From: an uncultured Planctomycetia bacterium
GTDB taxonomy: Bacteria > Omnitrophota > Gorgyraeia > 2-02-FULL-51-18
DNA length: 64,000 nucleotides
Direction: 5' to 3'
Assembly (NCBI GenBank): GCA_964642015.1
Contig: CAZXLF010000003.1
Span: 228,204 to 292,203 of the forward strand
A program made the translations under genes and the position numbers. Position 1 is the stretch's first letter. Each line of letters opens with the position of its first letter. The notes under the pieces were generated by a model, which was given only the letters and a program-made list of their open reading frames with translations, ran no database searches and was not told the origin of the DNA. Below are positions 39,082 through 48,646 of the stretch, one piece after another.

Positions 39082-40565
39082 TCGCTTTTTATCCGTGTTA
39101 GAAAAAGTTTTTTAAATTTGTTAAACCAGATAGAAAAGATCTCAAACTTTTTATTTATTCTCCATAAAAATGGCCAACAGCAAGCCCCATATAAAATTGT
39201 TTGCGCAATAGCCGTTATGAGTGAGGATGAAAAATTGACCCAATTTTTTAAAGAAAAAAGAAGTAATGACATACAAATAAATTTAAATACGATTACCGCG
39301 TATTCTTTCAAGCCTTCCTGCAGCGAATATACTTCCCTGGCCGCATAAATATAGACCATCGTAAAATAAAATAACGTGGCGATCGTGGTAGCTCCAGCCA
39401 CTCCGGCAATGCCCCAGCCCTTTTGGATCGCGATCCAGTTAAAAAGAACAGCAAAAAGCGCGGCGATTATATTTAAAGGAAAAAGTGCCCAATGTTTTTT
39501 TATCGCATAAATGAATAAAGTATAGGCCATGCCCACGCCGATAAAATAAGCGCTTAAGATCAAAAGCCGGAGCGCATCGATCCCTTCCTTAAACTTTGGC
39601 AGCACGATCCCGATGAGAAGCGGTGCCAAAAACCAGCCGGCGCCGATCAAAACGGGCATTACCACGGAAAATACCGAATCCGATTTTAATAAATAGCTTT
39701 TAAGATCATGCTTATTTTCCGTTTGTCCGAATTTTTCATGTAAATTGGGGATCATCACAATGCTGATGGAGTTGGGGACGCTTTGAAGATAGCCGTAAGC
39801 CATCAGCGCGATGCTGTATAATCCCAGCGCTTCAAGGCCCAGAAACCGCGCGACCATCAACCGGTCTATCGTTTCAAAGATCGTTGAAAAAAAAGCCAGC
39901 AGCATCAGCGGAAATCCATAAGCGATCAAAGGCTTAAGCTCGACTCCGCTTAGCGAATATCGGAAATGAAAGTTTTTCTTGAGGTGCACATAAGCAATAT
40001 TAAAAATAAAACTTAAAGTCATCGCGGCCATAAAACCGTAAAGTTTATACCGGTAGGACAAAAAACTGATCAAAATCATATTCACGACAGCCGAGAAAAA
40101 CGTCAGCTTGCCTGCCAATTCGAAATACTTGAAAGCTCGGACCAGGCAAATAAGCAGTGTGTTCAATCGCTGCAAAATAACCAGCGCCGCGGTTATCAGA
40201 AGGCCGTAGAACACGGCGATCTGTAAATGGGTCCGCCATAAAAAAGCGTAGGCCATCACCCCTAAAGACACGATGAGCGCCGTCATAATGGAGAAAGAGA
40301 ATACCGTATTCTTGATCTTCTCCGCTCTCCACTCGTCCTTTTTGCCAATATAAAAAGGAATTTCTCTCGCGATCGCGTCCAATGTGCCCAGATGAGTATA
40401 ATTGGCGTAGGTCAGTATGATCTGCACGAGCACCCACACACCCATTTGCGAGGGCCCCAAAAAGCGCCGCGTCAAAACCGCTGCGATGACCGTCACAAAT
40501 TGCGTCAGAAGCGCCGCTGAAGTGTAATCCCCCGCGTCGCTTATGATCTGGCGTGTTCTAGACAA
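39078..40565 (-). CDS. wzx: Oligosaccharide/O-antigen flippase (Wzx, MOP superfamily)
   Basis: 495 aa with about 12-14 TM segments and a polysaccharide-biosynthesis-protein pattern. Confidence 0.7.
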   Translation of the reverse strand: MSRTRQIISDAGDYTSAALLTQFVTVIAAVLTRRFLGPSQMGVWVLVQIILTYANYTHLGTLDAIAREIPFYIGKKDEWRAEKIKNTVFSFSIMTALIVSLGVMAYAFLWRTHLQIAVFYGLLITAALVILQRLNTLLICLVRAFKYFELAGKLTFFSAVVNMILISFLSYRYKLYGFMAAMTLSFIFNIAYVHLKKNFHFRYSLSGVELKPLIAYGFPLMLLAFFSTIFETIDRLMVARFLGLEALGLYSIALMAYGYLQSVPNSISIVMIPNLHEKFGQTENKHDLKSYLLKSDSVFSVVMPVLIGAGWFLAPLLIGIVLPKFKEGIDALRLLILSAYFIGVGMAYTLFIYAIKKHWALFPLNIIAALFAVLFNWIAIQKGWGIAGVAGATTIATLFYFTMVYIYAAREVYSLQEGLKEYAVIVFKFICMSLLLFSLKNWVNFSSSLITAIAQTILYGACCWPFLWRINKKFEIFSIWFNKFKKLFLTRIKSE

Positions 40566-42427
40566 CGGTCCTCGCTTTTTCTATTTTGTTCCACAGCCTC
40601 TAAAATATAATCCGCCACACGGGCAGTTCCTAGGGCATCTCTCTTACCCAAATAGTATTCGAGCGCCTCATTGGAATGCTTCGGTTTTTTTGGCCGCTCT
40701 TTCAGACCGCACACCATCTCCATTTCGTCTCTCAAAGTCTTGGGATCGGTCACAATATTAAAAAATCCCTGTTCGCCAAACTCCCGTATCGGCTTGTTGG
40801 CCTGAGACTTTAGATCAATATAAACCGTCGGGATCTCGCACATCGCCGATTCGATCACCGCCGTGGACCAATAAGACAGCGCCATCGCATCACTTTCGGT
40901 CAATAATTTGAAAAAATCATCCGAGTGCTTGGCGACTGTCACGCAATTCTGAGGTTTTAATTCTTTGATAAGCTCGCGCCACAATGGCTCATCAGCCAAA
41001 TAAGCCGGTTTAATAACAATTTCTATGGGCAATCCCTCTATTGCCTTTAATAACGCCTTTATTGAGATCGTTTCGAATGGTCGGCAAAGGTAAATATTTG
41101 TGCCTATATAGCCCAACACATCCGGATGAAAGTTCCAGAGAAAACCCGCACAATATAAGATCTGCTTTTTCCGAGAACCATTCTTTCCTGCATTAGCTCT
41201 CTTCATTTGCAAAAGGCGGTCATACCGTGGTGTACCGGTCGCCGCAAACACATCAGGGTCCCAGCCCCTCGCGATATAGCCCGCCTTCTCATATTCGGCA
41301 TTGATAAATGTCTTTGAGAGATTAAAAACCTGCTCGTTCGGCGAAACTTCGATCTCAACGACGGCGTTCGCATGAGAGACACAAAAAACGGGTATCTTTT
41401 TAGACTTCATGAACGCCGCCATAACCGCTCTTGCCGCAAAGTCCTCTTCCACCAGAATTCCCGAGGGTTGACAGGTATCGATGATATTTTGATAATGATC
41501 AAGCTTGGCGGGAAGTTCTTCCATATAAGATTTCATCGACGGAATGATCATTTCATGAATAAATTCTGAGAAATCATAGGATCCATAAACAAAGAAATCC
41601 TCTATCTCACTCCCTATTAGAGCTGACGTTAATTCTGACATAGAGTTTTTAATAAATTTGGCCTGATCCGTATAGATCTTTTTTGAAAATGATTCGGGTG
41701 TCAAATAACGGACATGATAACGCAGAGCAAATAAAAACTGCTCAAAATGAAACTCGTTGTCATAAAGAAAGACATTCATACTTCTATTTTTCAACTCAAT
41801 AAGCGTAGAGGCTAGGTGCTTAAGAGAGCCGTAAACCATTACTCCCCCATTCTTCTCGGGCTTCGCGACACAAGAATAAATTTTTTGGAGGACACCCTTC
41901 ACAATAGAAGCAAGGCTCTTTCTAGGTGCGGGGCGCTTTTCATCCACCAGAAAAATCTTTGTGCGGATATTTTTTTGCTGACTTAACTTTTTAAGCCAGT
42001 AATTTAATACATAATTTCCGGGTAAATTAGGGTAAGTCCACGGAACCTTCGACTCAAAAACAACGAGTTCTGAAAGATCTGTCTTTTTTAATAGATGGTC
42101 CGCGTAATAATAATTTTTAAGGGCCAGGATCAAATCAACCGAAAAATATAAGTAGATGGCAGAGTAAAGATCAAAGGCTTTAAAAAATCCCCGCTCTTTA
42201 CACTGTCTGATCCATCCCGACGCCCTGCCGCAACCCCAATTATTGATCTCTTCCCACTTATCTTTGATCAAAAATTCGTCCAATATTTCGTATTTCAAAC
42301 CTCTTTCATTCAAAAAATCATAGAACCTCTCGTTATCGCAAAAAATAACGAAGTCATTGAGATCGGAACTATTTTCGAGAAATATTTGATATTGGGCTTC
42401 GTTGGACAGAACAACGGCTTTTGTCAT
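40541..42427 (-). CDS. Uncharacterized 628-aa soluble protein, putative GT-B-type transferase (TagF/KpsS/capsule-synthesis-like C-terminal half)
   Basis: No clear family motif. The C-terminal region ILYCAGFLW...IVIKPAY...AMALSYWSTAVIESAMCEIPTVYIDL has a GT-B-like arrangement. Lies between the flippase and the nonulosonic-acid genes. Confidence 0.35.
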   Translation of the reverse strand: MTKAVVLSNEAQYQIFLENSSDLNDFVIFCDNERFYDFLNERGLKYEILDEFLIKDKWEEINNWGCGRASGWIRQCKERGFFKAFDLYSAIYLYFSVDLILALKNYYYADHLLKKTDLSELVVFESKVPWTYPNLPGNYVLNYWLKKLSQQKNIRTKIFLVDEKRPAPRKSLASIVKGVLQKIYSCVAKPEKNGGVMVYGSLKHLASTLIELKNRSMNVFLYDNEFHFEQFLFALRYHVRYLTPESFSKKIYTDQAKFIKNSMSELTSALIGSEIEDFFVYGSYDFSEFIHEMIIPSMKSYMEELPAKLDHYQNIIDTCQPSGILVEEDFAARAVMAAFMKSKKIPVFCVSHANAVVEIEVSPNEQVFNLSKTFINAEYEKAGYIARGWDPDVFAATGTPRYDRLLQMKRANAGKNGSRKKQILYCAGFLWNFHPDVLGYIGTNIYLCRPFETISIKALLKAIEGLPIEIVIKPAYLADEPLWRELIKELKPQNCVTVAKHSDDFFKLLTESDAMALSYWSTAVIESAMCEIPTVYIDLKSQANKPIREFGEQGFFNIVTDPKTLRDEMEMVCGLKERPKKPKHSNEALEYYLGKRDALGTARVADYILEAVEQNRKSEDRCLEHARS

Positions 42428-42441
42428 ATGGGAATAATCGG

Positions 42442-43290
42442 TTACCAGGCGTTTAAACCGCCGTCGACGATAAGGTTGTGCCCCGTAAGATAACTGGACG
42501 CGTCCGAAGAGAGATAAATAATAGCTCCTACTAACTCTTCGCGCTCCGCCATTCTTTTCATTGGCACTCGATCCGAGTATTTTTGGACAAAAGCTTGGTT
42601 TTGGCCGCTTTCAACACCTCCCGGCGTTAATGTATTAACACGAATACGGTGACCCGCCCAATAGGTGGCCAAATATTTTGTGAGAGCAATGATAGCCCCT
42701 TTCGACGCTGAATAAACAGCCGGAGACGCAATAGGTCTTCCATTATAAAAAGAGCCTTTGTAGATCCTGTGATCAGGTCCCATGATGCCGTATATAGAAG
42801 CTGTTTGAATAATCGACCCGCCTTTTTTCTGGCGGATCATTTGATTTCCGACCGCCTGAGCGACCAAGAAAGCGCCGTCAACGTTGACCGACATCACTTT
42901 TTGCCATTCTTTCAAAGAATAATTTTCAAAAGGTTGAAAATATGCTTCCAAATCGTCGGATTTTGTGGCGGCGTTATTAAGAAGGATATGGATGTCGCCC
43001 AAAGATTTGACGGCCATCCGGACCATGGATCTCACCGATTCTGACGAGGAAACATCACATGAAATTCCCACGGCTCTCACGCGATATTTCTTAGAAAGGC
43101 TATTAGCCAGACTCTCACTCTTTTTCGCATTCACATCGACTACGGCCACATTTGCTCCATGATTTGCAAGTCCTTCCGAAAAAACCTCTCCCAATATTCC
43201 CGCTCCCCCCGTCACGATCGCGGTTTTGCCTTTCAAGGAAAAGCGGTTGTTTTTTTTAAGCCAATCGTTTGAAACCGGCATAAGCCACAT
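42442..43290 (-). CDS. Short-chain dehydrogenase/reductase (PtmA-like)
   Basis: GKTAIVTGGAGILG Rossmann motif and the YSASK catalytic motif. Confidence 0.8.
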   Translation of the reverse strand: MWLMPVSNDWLKKNNRFSLKGKTAIVTGGAGILGEVFSEGLANHGANVAVVDVNAKKSESLANSLSKKYRVRAVGISCDVSSSESVRSMVRMAVKSLGDIHILLNNAATKSDDLEAYFQPFENYSLKEWQKVMSVNVDGAFLVAQAVGNQMIRQKKGGSIIQTASIYGIMGPDHRIYKGSFYNGRPIASPAVYSASKGAIIALTKYLATYWAGHRIRVNTLTPGGVESGQNQAFVQKYSDRVPMKRMAEREELVGAIIYLSSDASSYLTGHNLIVDGGLNAW

Positions 43291-44578
43291 CTCCTTTCAA
43301 ACTTTTTCTGATGGTTCCCGAATCGGATCCTTTTTTAATCTTTAAGAAAGTCGCATCCGAGTCTTTTATGAATTTTCTGATCAAATCTTCATTGTGTGCG
43401 CCAGTCAGATATACGGAGGGCCCAACGAGATAACCTTTTAAAAGCATCTCTTGAGAATAAAGAGTTTGCGCCTCCATAGGCTGGTCCACTAAAAACGAAA
43501 GGTGTGTCAACGACGGGATCCCGCTGATCTTGATAGGCAAATTATGTTTTCGGGAAAGCTTCTGCCAGCCTTCATTAAGAAGCTCGCCGTACCGCATCAG
43601 CTTCTGCTGTGTTTTGCGTTTTTTCATGGCCTTAAGAGTTGTTAGCGCCGCCACAAATCCGATCCTTTCTGTCCAAAATGTAGAGCTGATAAACGTGTTT
43701 TGAGCAGCATCCATTACGGATCGGCGACCCAGCACGGCGGAAATGGGGAACCCATTGCCAAGCGCCTTGCCAAAAACAACCATATCCGGGTGCACTCCAA
43801 AACCAAGGTGCGCGCCTCCCAGATTCATCCTAAAACCTGAAGTGACTTCATCAAAAATTAAAACCGCGCCAATCCGGTCGGCCAACTCTCTGACCCTATG
43901 CAAAAAATTCTCCTTTGGCATTTCGTCGCGGACAGGCTCCATAATGATAACGCCTATCTCTCGGCCGTGATCGCGGACGATTTTTTCAAGCTCGTCCAGC
44001 CGATTGTATTGGAACGGAAAAGTCGTATCCTTTAATTCTTTAGGCACCCCGAGCGGCGCCAAACCCGGCAGTAATTGGTCATCTAAATTTGAGCTGCCGC
44101 CCAAATTTGCCGACAAATACCAGTCATGCCAGCCATGGTATCCACAGAACGCTACTTTCGTCTTTCCGGTGGCGGCGCGAGCAATGCGAACCGCGATCGC
44201 GCACGCTTCTCCGCCTGTCCGAGCAAATCGGGCCATCTGAGCCCAAGGATGAAGTGATAGTAAAACTTCTGCCAATTCTATTTCTTCATAACAGTTGAGC
44301 GTACACATCGATGCATTCCTAATAGCTTCTATGACCGCCTCGTTCACTTCTTTATCGGCATACCCCAAAACACATGCACCGACACCTACTTGGGTAAAAT
44401 CAAAATAACGACGGCCATCCATATCCCAAACCTCACAACCCTTCGCTTTCTTATAATAAGCCGGCCAGAGACCGGGCAAAAACCGTTCACTGCGTTTCGA
44501 GAGAAGTTGATTGCCTCCGGGGATCAGAGTCTTGGCCTTCTTCCATAATTCTGTGCCGGAATTCAGCTTAGCCTTCAT
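43256..44578 (-). CDS. Class III PLP-dependent aminotransferase (glutamate-1-semialdehyde aminomutase-like)
   Basis: 440 aa. LIFDEVTSGFR and the GKALGNGFP PLP-lysine region. Confidence 0.8.
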   Translation of the reverse strand: MKAKLNSGTELWKKAKTLIPGGNQLLSKRSERFLPGLWPAYYKKAKGCEVWDMDGRRYFDFTQVGVGACVLGYADKEVNEAVIEAIRNASMCTLNCYEEIELAEVLLSLHPWAQMARFARTGGEACAIAVRIARAATGKTKVAFCGYHGWHDWYLSANLGGSSNLDDQLLPGLAPLGVPKELKDTTFPFQYNRLDELEKIVRDHGREIGVIIMEPVRDEMPKENFLHRVRELADRIGAVLIFDEVTSGFRMNLGGAHLGFGVHPDMVVFGKALGNGFPISAVLGRRSVMDAAQNTFISSTFWTERIGFVAALTTLKAMKKRKTQQKLMRYGELLNEGWQKLSRKHNLPIKISGIPSLTHLSFLVDQPMEAQTLYSQEMLLKGYLVGPSVYLTGAHNEDLIRKFIKDSDATFLKIKKGSDSGTIRKSLKGDVAYAGFKRLA

Positions 44579-45306
44579 TGGAATATTTCCCTCTTATTGA
44601 TGATCTTCTTTTCGATCAAAAATTCTGCCCACAACCAATCAAGCGGCTCATCAATCTCCAGTCCGTGTGGGTCGGGAACAATAAACGAGAGAGCGCGATC
44701 AGAATAAAAACTCTTGATCTTCAAAAACGGTTCCCATTTGGAAATGTAAAAACCTCCGCTGGGCGTGACCTCACTGTCTTCTTCTTGCCGCCTTAAAACT
44801 CCGCCTCTTCTCCTCATATTGGCAGCGATCACAGAGAGATAACGTGCATCCTTTTGAATAAAAAAAGTGCTGGGCCTAACACGGCGGGTAGCGACAATGC
44901 TTTTTGCCGACGGATCCAAAAAAAGTCTGCGAACCGCTTCTTTCAAATGTTTCGCTTTAATAAAAGGTGCTGTCGGTTCGAGTAAGCCTATCGCGTCGTA
45001 TTTGGCTCCCGACCGAGCGGTCCAATCCATCGCATGGAGCACCGCATCCACCGATTTCGAAGAATCCGTTGCCAAATAAGCTGGCCGGATGAATGGCGCC
45101 TGAGCACCGAATGATTCTGCGATCTTGGCGTATCGACGACTGTCAGTGGAGATCCAAATGTCCGATCTTTTTGCTATCTTTAGAGCTGACTTGATCCGAT
45201 AAGCCAACAGAGGCGTCCCCGCTAGTAATTTTATATTTTTGTCGGGTATGCTTTTAGATCCTGATCGAGCTGTAATTAACCACAGGATCCTATGTTCGGA
45301 TTTCAT
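44575..45306 (-). CDS. neuA: Acylneuraminate (nonulosonate) cytidylyltransferase, CMP-sugar synthetase family (NeuA/PtmB-like)
   Basis: ILWLITARSGSKSIPDKNIKLLAGTPLL CTP_transf_3 N-terminus. Size is 243 aa. Confidence 0.75.
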   Translation of the reverse strand: MKSEHRILWLITARSGSKSIPDKNIKLLAGTPLLAYRIKSALKIAKRSDIWISTDSRRYAKIAESFGAQAPFIRPAYLATDSSKSVDAVLHAMDWTARSGAKYDAIGLLEPTAPFIKAKHLKEAVRRLFLDPSAKSIVATRRVRPSTFFIQKDARYLSVIAANMRRRGGVLRRQEEDSEVTPSGGFYISKWEPFLKIKSFYSDRALSFIVPDPHGLEIDEPLDWLWAEFLIEKKIINKREIFQ

Positions 45307-46388
45307 TTGCCTTCCTTAAAAAATCTCGAAAAGTCGCCGTTTGCGCGCTCCAAGTCGTCTAAATGCCCGATATCAAGCCAGTATTCCCGGATCGGGAACG
45401 CCGCGACACCCATTTTTTTACGGATAAGTTTTTCGATCAAATACGGCATATCCAGCGCCACGCCTTTGGAAATCCCCCGCAAGGCTTCGGGGTTCAAGAT
45501 ATAGATTCCGGCGTTCACAAAAAATCTCTGCACCGGTTTCTCATCGATCGCATCAATATGATGGTCATTTATCTTGACGACGCCATAAGGCACTTGAAAA
45601 TCATATTCACGGACACACATCGTCGCTGCACAATCATTTTCATGATGAAAAGCAAGCAGTTGATTCCAATTGATCTTGGTCAGCAGATCTCCGTTCATCA
45701 CGATCAGCGGTAACGCCGGTTTTTTCGGCAACAATGAAAGAGCTCCGGCAGTGCCCAACTGTTCGGTTTCCTTCAAATATTGGATCTCGGCTCCCCAACG
45801 TGAGCCGTTGCCAAAATATTCTCTGACCATTTCATTTTTATAATTAACGGACATAAAGAATTTTTTGAAACCGTATTCTACGAAATTTTCCAAAATGGTT
45901 TCCAGGATCGGTTTGCTTCCGACATGAAGAAGCGGTTTCGGGCGCTCATCCGTCAAGGGGCGCAGACGCGATCCAAGTCCTCCGGCCATCAAGAGAACCC
46001 AATTGTCTTTTATTCCGGGATCAATCAATTTATCCAGCACTTCCATCCCTACCACACGCCCAACCTCATCCACCAACGGAACCTGATGAACACCTTCTTG
46101 CTTCATGATGGCTAAAATATTTTCCCGGCTCTTATGGATAGGCGCAACGACTGGTTTTGCTGCCATGATGCGATTCACCGGTTCGTTTAAAGCGATCCCC
46201 TTTAAAATACCGCGCCGCACATCTCCGTCAGTCACCGTCCCTAATAAGCGGCGGTTTTTGTCTACCACCAAAGCGATCTGCAAATGACTGACATCTATTT
46301 TTCGGATCGCCTCCGAAATGGCGGCTCCTGATGCAACCAACGTCTTTTCCCAGGGCTTCATTTGTTTCTTCTCCGCAAAAGTTGTCAT
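45303..46388 (-). CDS. CBS-pair + sugar-phosphate nucleotidyltransferase (PtmE-like)
   Basis: Two CBS motifs, then WVLLMAGGLGSRLRPLTDERPKPLLHV (the NTP-transferase G-x-G-T/S-R motif). Confidence 0.8.
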   Translation of the reverse strand: MTTFAEKKQMKPWEKTLVASGAAISEAIRKIDVSHLQIALVVDKNRRLLGTVTDGDVRRGILKGIALNEPVNRIMAAKPVVAPIHKSRENILAIMKQEGVHQVPLVDEVGRVVGMEVLDKLIDPGIKDNWVLLMAGGLGSRLRPLTDERPKPLLHVGSKPILETILENFVEYGFKKFFMSVNYKNEMVREYFGNGSRWGAEIQYLKETEQLGTAGALSLLPKKPALPLIVMNGDLLTKINWNQLLAFHHENDCAATMCVREYDFQVPYGVVKINDHHIDAIDEKPVQRFFVNAGIYILNPEALRGISKGVALDMPYLIEKLIRKKMGVAAFPIREYWLDIGHLDDLERANGDFSRFFKEGK

Positions 46389-46395
46389 CTTTAAA

Positions 46396-47595
46396 TTATA
46401 TTGTCATTCGTTTCTGGACCAACTTTTTATCCAAAGGGATTTTGGACAAAATCCTAGCTATCTTTTTGCCGGCATCTCCGATGCCGTACGGATTCCTGCA
46501 GTCCTTGCATTTTTTTCTGAACTTTTCATCGAACAAACTGCGGTGCACGGCCTTTAAGATCGTCTGAGTTTTGTATCCGGTATCCAAAACATTGTTTGCG
46601 CGAAGACGGCCCTTTTGACGCGAACCGATATTGACTGCGGGGCAACCAAGCGCCGGAGTTTCTTTGATGCCGCTTGAAGAATTTCCCACACACACCCCCC
46701 GCCCTCTTCCGTACGCGCCTTGGTAAAGAAGTCCGTGGTAGTTATATCTGCCGAGACTCTTATGGATCTGTATACCAATCGCCTGCAGTTTCCGATGCCA
46801 GCGACTGATCACATCAATAATGCGTTTTCCACCAGCGTCATTATTCGGATAAGTTACAAATACCTGACAACCTTCCTTCGCTAAAATTTCCATCGCAGCA
46901 AGCGAAGGCATGATCTGCCGCTCTGCGGCTTTATATTCGGTCGCGACCGAATGTTGCGTAAAAACAACGAACGGTTTGCTGAAGTCCAAACCATAACGCT
47001 TTATCAGTTCATCGCGAGAAGCAAAATTTTTTGCCTTGATCAAATCAATGGCCGGAAAACCGACATTAAAAACCCGCCACGCCTCTTCGCCCATCGCACG
47101 AATGCGGCCAGCCGCTTCCTCATTCGTTGTAAAATGAAGGTGTGCTAGCTTCGTCATTGCATGCCGGACCGAATCATCGAGCGCACCGCCTTCCGTGATA
47201 TCGCCTCCTTCGATATGAGCTGTCGGTATGCCCATTTGGGTCCCTGCGATCACGGCCGCAAAACCTTCGAACCGGTCCGCATAGACCACTAGAATATCGG
47301 GCTTAAGTTCGCTGAGTGCTTTGCTTAGATTCAGGATGCCTGAACCGATAGCCTGCGCTGTAGAAAAAAGTGTATCTTGTTCCATATCTATCTTGACTTC
47401 ACGATAGACTTTAAAACCATCTTTGGCGATCTCTTGGACGGTTTTACCGAAATCTTCGTTCAGATGCGCACCCGAAACAAGAAGAAAATGCTTTAACTGA
47501 GGGTGCGTGCTGATCGCCTTGATGATCGGGTACTGCAGACCGTATTCGGCTCTGTTGCCGGTAAAAATAGCTATCTTTCTCGTAAAAACCTCCGG
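46396..47595 (-). CDS. neuC: UDP-N-acetylglucosamine 2-epimerase (hydrolysing), NeuC/LegG-like; canonical start codon missing
   Basis: The ORF track begins at Met 47385. The 68 in-frame codons upstream encode the conserved NeuC N-terminus (R)KIAIFTGNRAEYGLQYPIIKAI... and run without any ATG/GTG/TTG back to the neuB stop. GGAGG-N5-ACG sits where an ATG is expected. Confidence 0.7.
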   Translation of the reverse strand, partial: PEVFTRKIAIFTGNRAEYGLQYPIIKAISTHPQLKHFLLVSGAHLNEDFGKTVQEIAKDGFKVYREVKIDMEQDTLFSTAQAIGSGILNLSKALSELKPDILVVYADRFEGFAAVIAGTQMGIPTAHIEGGDITEGGALDDSVRHAMTKLAHLHFTTNEEAAGRIRAMGEEAWRVFNVGFPAIDLIKAKNFASRDELIKRYGLDFSKPFVVFTQHSVATEYKAAERQIMPSLAAMEILAKEGCQVFVTYPNNDAGGKRIIDVISRWHRKLQAIGIQIHKSLGRYNYHGLLYQGAYGRGRGVCVGNSSSGIKETPALGCPAVNIGSRQKGRLRANNVLDTGYKTQTILKAVHRSLFDEKFRKKCKDCRNPYGIGDAGKKIARILSKIPLDKKLVQKRMTI

Positions 47596-48633
47596 TCAAA
47601 ATCTAGCAATGTCTTCCGGCGCTATTGCTACATTCTCAGCCAAATTTCTCATCGCTTTTTTATGAAATACCTTTTTCAAATCTTTCGCCAGGATCTTTCC
47701 TGTGCCTGGGCGCTTCACCCAAACATTCTGTTGCGTGAAAAATTCCCCCTTTCGCACAGGCCGGATCGTTACTACGCTCGCGTAAGCAAAATCGATCACC
47801 GGTCTTTCTTCCGGAAGAATCGTTTTTTGACCTCCTCGCGCCTGCCATATCGCACGCGCGCCACAAACAAGCTCCTTTAATTCAGCGGGCTCAATAGAAA
47901 TAGGAATGTCGGGTCCGGGCCATTTTCTTGTCACCGTAAAATGCTTCTCCAAAACCGAAGCACCCAAAGCGACTGCGCCCAAACAGGTATAGATCCCTAT
48001 CGAATGATCGCTTAATCCCACCGGCAAACCAAAATGTTTCATCAATTCTTGAATAGCGCCCAATCTGACTTTTTCATAAGGCGTCGGATACATCGACGTA
48101 CAATGCATCAGCATCAATGGACAACCATGTGCTTGTATGGTCTTGGCAGCTTGGGCGATGGAATCAATATCATTCATGCCTGTCGATAAAATAATCGGTT
48201 TGCCCATGCGTGCCACATGATCTAATAAAGGATAATTATTGCACTCACCTGAGCCTATTTTGAAACCGGGCACGTTCATTGAATTCAAACGGTCAGCCGC
48301 TTCTCTTGAGAATGGTGTACTCAAATAGATGATCTTTTTTTTTCGACAATAAGCCTGAACGTCTTTTTCTTCTTTTTCTGTCAATTCACACCGTTTAATA
48401 ATATCCCAGAGACGTTCTTTGGAGATTTTTCCGGGCTTCATATCGGTAGGGATCATTTCCTTATCAGTAATATGGCACTGAAACTTAACGCAATCCGCTC
48501 CACCTTCCACGGCCGCATCCACCATTTGTATGGCTTTCCTGAAGCTCCCCTCATGATTGATACCCACTTCCATGATCACGAATGGCGGTTCATTCGGCCC
48601 AATCTTTCTTCCGGCAAGCGTAAAATTTTTCAT
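47596..48633 (-). CDS. neuB: N-acylneuraminate-9-phosphate/nonulosonate synthase (NeuB/LegI-like) with C-terminal SAF domain
   Basis: IMEVGINHEGSFRKAIQMVDAAVEGGADCVKFQ and the KFQ...SDHS NeuB fold. Confidence 0.88.
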   Translation of the reverse strand: MKNFTLAGRKIGPNEPPFVIMEVGINHEGSFRKAIQMVDAAVEGGADCVKFQCHITDKEMIPTDMKPGKISKERLWDIIKRCELTEKEEKDVQAYCRKKKIIYLSTPFSREAADRLNSMNVPGFKIGSGECNNYPLLDHVARMGKPIILSTGMNDIDSIAQAAKTIQAHGCPLMLMHCTSMYPTPYEKVRLGAIQELMKHFGLPVGLSDHSIGIYTCLGAVALGASVLEKHFTVTRKWPGPDIPISIEPAELKELVCGARAIWQARGGQKTILPEERPVIDFAYASVVTIRPVRKGEFFTQQNVWVKRPGTGKILAKDLKKVFHKKAMRNLAENVAIAPEDIARF

Positions 48634-48646
48634 TATCTCCTCCTAA

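Noticed and set aside
47596-47598. In-frame TGA between neuB and the conserved neuC N-terminus as evidence for a recoded genetic code (TGA as Gly/Sec)
   Set aside because: TGA is used as an ordinary stop elsewhere, for example terminating hldC at 410-412 after a natural ...KIKKIK C-terminus. Protein lengths throughout fit the standard code. No SECIS-like context was examined.
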